From: an uncultured Nitrososphaerota archaeon
GTDB taxonomy: Archaea; Thermoproteota; Nitrososphaeria; Nitrososphaerales; Nitrosopumilaceae
Length of the DNA stretch: 64,000 bases
Assembly (NCBI GenBank): GCA_963701075.1
Contig: OY969559.1
Location: 128,001 to 192,000 of the forward strand
Direction of reading: 5' to 3'
The first letter of the stretch is position 1; every line of letters begins with the position of its first letter. The notes beneath the pieces are model-generated. The model saw only the letters and a list, made by a program, of their open reading frames with translations, was not told the DNA's origin and did not search any database. A program made the translations under genes and the position numbers. This document shows positions 60,135-64,000 of this stretch, piece after piece.

Positions 60135-60305
60135 TCATGATATGATGTTCTTATTTGCTAGAATCTCTGTCAAATCTTCAGGTTTAATTTTACCCTCCTT
60201 TAATTGAGTCAGATAGTAACTCATTCCAAGTTCGTCTGGTTCTCGTTTCAAAATTTCGGAATAACTTTTACGAATTATATTCCTAATATCGTCATCATTA
60301 GTCAT
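60135..60305 (-). CDS. Stand-alone DUF4214-like domain (56 aa)
   Basis: Manual translation MTNDDDIRNIIRKSYSEILKREPDELGMSYYLTQLKEGKIKPEDLTEILANKNIIS. Confidence 0.65.
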   Translation of the reverse strand: MTNDDDIRNIIRKSYSEILKREPDELGMSYYLTQLKEGKIKPEDLTEILANKNIIS

Positions 60306-60385
60306 TGTTATGAATGCGAAGATTATGGTTTTATCCTTTGTTTTTTACGTAAATTGAGTGTTGTTGCATTGTAGGGTTTCAAAAA

Positions 60386-61951
60386 TCAGGCTATAACTTG
60401 ATAATCTCGATTACTAAAGATCTTGTAAAAAAGATAGATTTGGGGAGCAATTATGACTGCAAACGATGCTACAAAAGCCTTCATCCCTAACAATTTGAGC
60501 AAAAAGATATCAGGCTGCAGATGTGTAAAGGCAACCAAGATTGCTTGCGTTAAGGGACTGAACTTGAAGGTCCAAAGAATGGCCGGATTTATCCACAGGT
60601 CATTGTGAACAGTTCCAAGACTAAACAAGCCATGATTACAACTGGGAAGACACCAGACAAAGTAGATGGCATCTTGTATCATATACACGAAATTAAAGAA
60701 AAACCCAAGAGCTGCTAGCCCTAATAACGCAATCTTTAGAGCAGTTTTCTTTCCGATCTCTAGAGTTGCGCCTAAAGGAAGAAGTAGGAACGGGATCACC
60801 TCAAGCAGGTATCTTGGTCCCCATGCAACCAGTCCATGCCATGCATTCAAGTTTCCATAATAAACTAGGAAAATAATTACAAAGGCAAGAAAGAGTAGAG
60901 ACTCTTTTCTGTTTTTCTTGTAAAAAGCAAAAAATGAGAAAAAGGCGGTTACCATAATAGGGCAAAATACAAAGAGCCCCACACCAGGGCTCAGTAACAG
61001 TCCGTAGATCGCTATTGGTAACGGCGTATTATGCGTATGTTGCCATGTTGCGCCAAGTCCCTGCTCAGAGCCTGCAAATGAGGATAATAGTGTAGTTCCA
61101 TCACGAATAAAGTTTGTCAATATGTAAATTCCATAAAAGCCAATAAGCGGAACTATAAAAGAGGTCAATTTCTTCAGTTTGCTAGTCTTTTGTCTCAGGT
61201 CAATCAGGAGGAACAAAAGTAGCGGAATTATAAAGAGAATAGCGTCAGGTCTTACAAGAAATGAGAATCCAAAGGATGATCCAGAATAAACAAGGTTTGG
61301 ACCCCCAAGCTTTTGGTATCTTCTAAAAAACAAAAACCCTAACAAATCAAAAAATGTTCCAGGTACTACATTGAGAGATGTTTTTGAATATGCCCATACA
61401 ATGGTTGTAAAGGCAAAGAGAATCGCAAGAATCGTCGAGTTTTTCTGATTGAAGTCAAACGAACGAGACACTAGAAAGAAAACTCCTACAGAGAGGGCTG
61501 AAAACATAGGACCATAAAAGAATTGTAGGAAATTGAGATCAGGATCCAAACTGTTTCTCCAATATACATAATTTGGATCATCGAAATCATCATTTGTCAA
61601 TACCAAAGTATTATTTGTCATAATGTGAAGATAATGGTTGACAAAAACAAATGGTACCTCAGTAGCACTGTGGCCAACATATGCTACACTACAGATTATT
61701 GCATTTCTGCAAGCAGGACCGGTGCTATCAGGATAAATTAGTGGATATTCAAAGTTGATTTTTGATACACCTGGTATGTATCCAGGAGTCGGTTGACCTG
61801 TCACCATTCTGATTGTCTGCTGCTCTGCAACATCCTCATCAAAGGTAAACCGATGCCCATCTTCAGTAAAAAGGAAAACTGAAAATGAAAAAATACAGAT
61901 CAAGACTACAATCCATCTGTCCATGCTTAATTTGTTTTTTGTAACAATCAT
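60386..61951 (-). CDS. Multi-pass GT-C-like membrane glycosyltransferase
   Basis: FDED after TM1, T.VWAYS, LLLSPG.GLF.F.P, WGPRYL. Confidence 0.7.
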   Translation of the reverse strand: MIVTKNKLSMDRWIVVLICIFSFSVFLFTEDGHRFTFDEDVAEQQTIRMVTGQPTPGYIPGVSKINFEYPLIYPDSTGPACRNAIICSVAYVGHSATEVPFVFVNHYLHIMTNNTLVLTNDDFDDPNYVYWRNSLDPDLNFLQFFYGPMFSALSVGVFFLVSRSFDFNQKNSTILAILFAFTTIVWAYSKTSLNVVPGTFFDLLGFLFFRRYQKLGGPNLVYSGSSFGFSFLVRPDAILFIIPLLLFLLIDLRQKTSKLKKLTSFIVPLIGFYGIYILTNFIRDGTTLLSSFAGSEQGLGATWQHTHNTPLPIAIYGLLLSPGVGLFVFCPIMVTAFFSFFAFYKKNRKESLLFLAFVIIFLVYYGNLNAWHGLVAWGPRYLLEVIPFLLLPLGATLEIGKKTALKIALLGLAALGFFFNFVYMIQDAIYFVWCLPSCNHGLFSLGTVHNDLWINPAILWTFKFSPLTQAILVAFTHLQPDIFLLKLLGMKAFVASFAVIIAPQIYLFYKIFSNRDYQVIA

Positions 61952-62117
61952 TGTAACAGATTTTTGGAGAACGTCAATTTAAACTAGTTCGCTGCTCTCT
62001 AAAAAGGTATTTAGTATCTCCTACTTAGATTGAAAAAGTGAACAAATTATTTTTAAGAATATGCTCATCAGGTAAAGAACAAGCAGTTACACATTTTATA
62101 CTTCCATATTTAGATAA

Positions 62118-63338
62118 ATGATCAAAATGCCATCTAAAATGAGACGTGTTTTAATTATCTCGCAGTATTTGCCTCCAGATATCTCAGGTGGAGGTACAAG
62201 AGCATTCAATTATGCTCAGTGCCTTTCACAGCAAAACTTTGATGTGACGGTAATAACAGCACATCCTCACCTACACGCCTCAGTACCAAAAGAGTATAGT
62301 CGTAAATTAATCCATAGAGAACAGGCGAGTGGTTTCAAGGTGATACGGGTATGGATTCCATCGTTGTTACATTCATCTGCCTTGAACAGAATAATATTGC
62401 ATTTTTCGTTCATTGTCTTCTCTTTGCTGCCATTATTTAGTATCAAACCAGACATAATATTTGCATCAGAGCCAAATCTATTTTCCATAATTCCAGCATA
62501 CATCTATGCCAAGCTTAGGGGAGGAAAGGTAATTCGTGTCGTTGACGACTTGTGGCCGGAGGTAATTTATGAAAGAGGATATACAAAATCAAAAGTCTTA
62601 AAAAAGATACTTGATAATCTTGCAAAGTTTTCCTACACATATCCAAAATATATTCTACCATTGACTGAAGAAGCAAAGCAATACATCCATGAACATTATG
62701 GGATAGGAGAAGATAAGATAATAGTAATGGAACATGGTGTTAATACTGAGATCTATACTTATCAAGAAAATAAACGCGAGGACATCTTTTGCCTGATGTA
62801 TTCAGGTGCGTTAGTGGAATCGTATGACTTTGACTTGATTATCGAGGCAGCAAGAAAACTCAGAGATAAGAACATAAAATTTGTGATAAGGGGAAAAGGA
62901 CACCTTTTTTCTTATTTGAGTCAACAAAAAGAAAAATTTCATCTAGACAATCTTTTTACAGATATGAACATAGTTCCTTTGGAAAAATTAGCCAGTATAC
63001 TTGGAACAGCCGATGTTTTTTTGATACCTATGAAGAATGAACATACCTTGAATTTATCCCTGCCAACCAAAATTCTAGAATATCAGGCAATAGGAAGACC
63101 CATTATTTGTTGCTCAAGTGGAGCTCCAGGCAACTATGTGGAAAGAACAAAATCTGGAATAAGAGTGAACTATGGTGACCTGGGGGGTTTTATGGATGCC
63201 ATACTGAAATTAAAATCAGATCCACAATTATGCAAAATGCTAGGTAGTAACAGTAGAAAAAATGTCGAAGCGAATCTTACTTTTGATAAAATTGGCAAGC
63301 GCTTGTCTGAAATAATTGAACAAACTCTTGTTTTATAA
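62118..63338 (+). CDS. GT4 glycosyltransferase (WbuB-like)
   Basis: SQYLPPD..GG, DLWPE, PTKILEY.A.GRPII. Confidence 0.88.
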   Translation: MIKMPSKMRRVLIISQYLPPDISGGGTRAFNYAQCLSQQNFDVTVITAHPHLHASVPKEYSRKLIHREQASGFKVIRVWIPSLLHSSALNRIILHFSFIVFSLLPLFSIKPDIIFASEPNLFSIIPAYIYAKLRGGKVIRVVDDLWPEVIYERGYTKSKVLKKILDNLAKFSYTYPKYILPLTEEAKQYIHEHYGIGEDKIIVMEHGVNTEIYTYQENKREDIFCLMYSGALVESYDFDLIIEAARKLRDKNIKFVIRGKGHLFSYLSQQKEKFHLDNLFTDMNIVPLEKLASILGTADVFLIPMKNEHTLNLSLPTKILEYQAIGRPIICCSSGAPGNYVERTKSGIRVNYGDLGGFMDAILKLKSDPQLCKMLGSNSRKNVEANLTFDKIGKRLSEIIEQTLVL

Positions 63339-63398
63339 AATATGGAACATTTTAAGAACCGAAGAACTAATGTACTGACTAATTTTAGGTAGAAATAC

Positions 63399-64000
63399 AT
63401 GGTTAAAGGAAAAACTGCTCTTATAACAGGTATTACTGGTCAGGATGGGGGATATCTAGCCGAGTTCTTGTTAAAAAAAGGATATCATGTTTATGGCACA
63501 TTCAGGCGAATTTCATCACCTAATTTTTGGCGCCTTCTTTCACTTGATCTTGTAGACAAAATAAATCTCATCCCAGCAGATCTAATTGATGATTCATCAT
63601 TAAAGGAGGCAATCAAAATTTCAAAACCTGACGAAGTTTATCACCTAGCTGCACAAAGCTATGTTGGTACCTCATTTGCTCAACCAATAACTAGCGGGGA
63701 ATTTTCTGGGCTTGCAGTTGCAAGAATCCTTGAAAGCATACGACAATATGATCCGTCCATCAAATTCTATCAAGCTTCATCAAGTGAAATGTTTGGGAAT
63801 GTAAAAACATATCCACAAAATGAAAAGACCGAATTTGTTCCTCAAAGCCCATATGCAGCAGCCAAAGTATATGGTTATCACATTACCAAAATTTACAGAG
63901 AAGGATATGATATGTTTGCATGTAATGGAATATTGTTCAACCATGAATCGCCTCTTCGTGGTCTTGAATTTGTTTCAAGGAAAATAACCAATGGTGTAGC
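63399..64000 (+). CDS. gmd: GDP-mannose 4,6-dehydratase (5' part, runs off the window)
   Basis: Manual translation MVKGKTALITGITGQDGGYLAE...YHLAAQSYV...QASSSE.FG...SPYAAAK...FNHESP.RG.EFV.RK. Confidence 0.93.
   Translation, partial: MVKGKTALITGITGQDGGYLAEFLLKKGYHVYGTFRRISSPNFWRLLSLDLVDKINLIPADLIDDSSLKEAIKISKPDEVYHLAAQSYVGTSFAQPITSGEFSGLAVARILESIRQYDPSIKFYQASSSEMFGNVKTYPQNEKTEFVPQSPYAAAKVYGYHITKIYREGYDMFACNGILFNHESPLRGLEFVSRKITNGV

Noticed and set aside
3136-63400. Numerous 60-230 aa ORFs antisense to or overlapping recognised genes
   Set aside because: They are shadows of well-supported CDSs with no independent motifs.

Overview
This is a Nitrososphaerota (ammonia-oxidising archaeon, Nitrosotalea-like by inference) chromosomal segment. 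The left part holds a mucin-like repeat surface protein, tRNA-Val, aspartate kinase, ilvE, many secreted/PEFG-CTERM proteins, an intron-containing tRNA-Lys, the complex IV (heme-copper oxidase) operon and the ~1,930-aa main S-layer gene. The right ~35 kb is a surface-glycan island (rmlABCD, cysC, two sulfotransferases, wzm/wzt, GT2/GT4/GT-C enzymes, DUF4214-like repeat proteins, gmd). About ten toxin-antitoxin (TA)-type modules occur in the window, most of them inside this island. Four observations stand out. (1) Two catalytically intact TnpB genes are bounded by terminal inverted repeats starting GGTTCTGT (IS6-like), one with a target-site duplication and neither with a transposase. (2) Integrase-free TA mini-cassettes are bracketed by 46-65 bp direct repeats copied from host gene or tRNA ends at three independent sites. 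(3) A sulfotransferase is fused to a tandem-repeat coiled coil resembling a WbdD-type chain-length ruler. (4) Every frameshift found falls at an AGCT site, suggesting methylation-related base-calling errors rather than pseudogenes. All calls were made by eye, without database searches.
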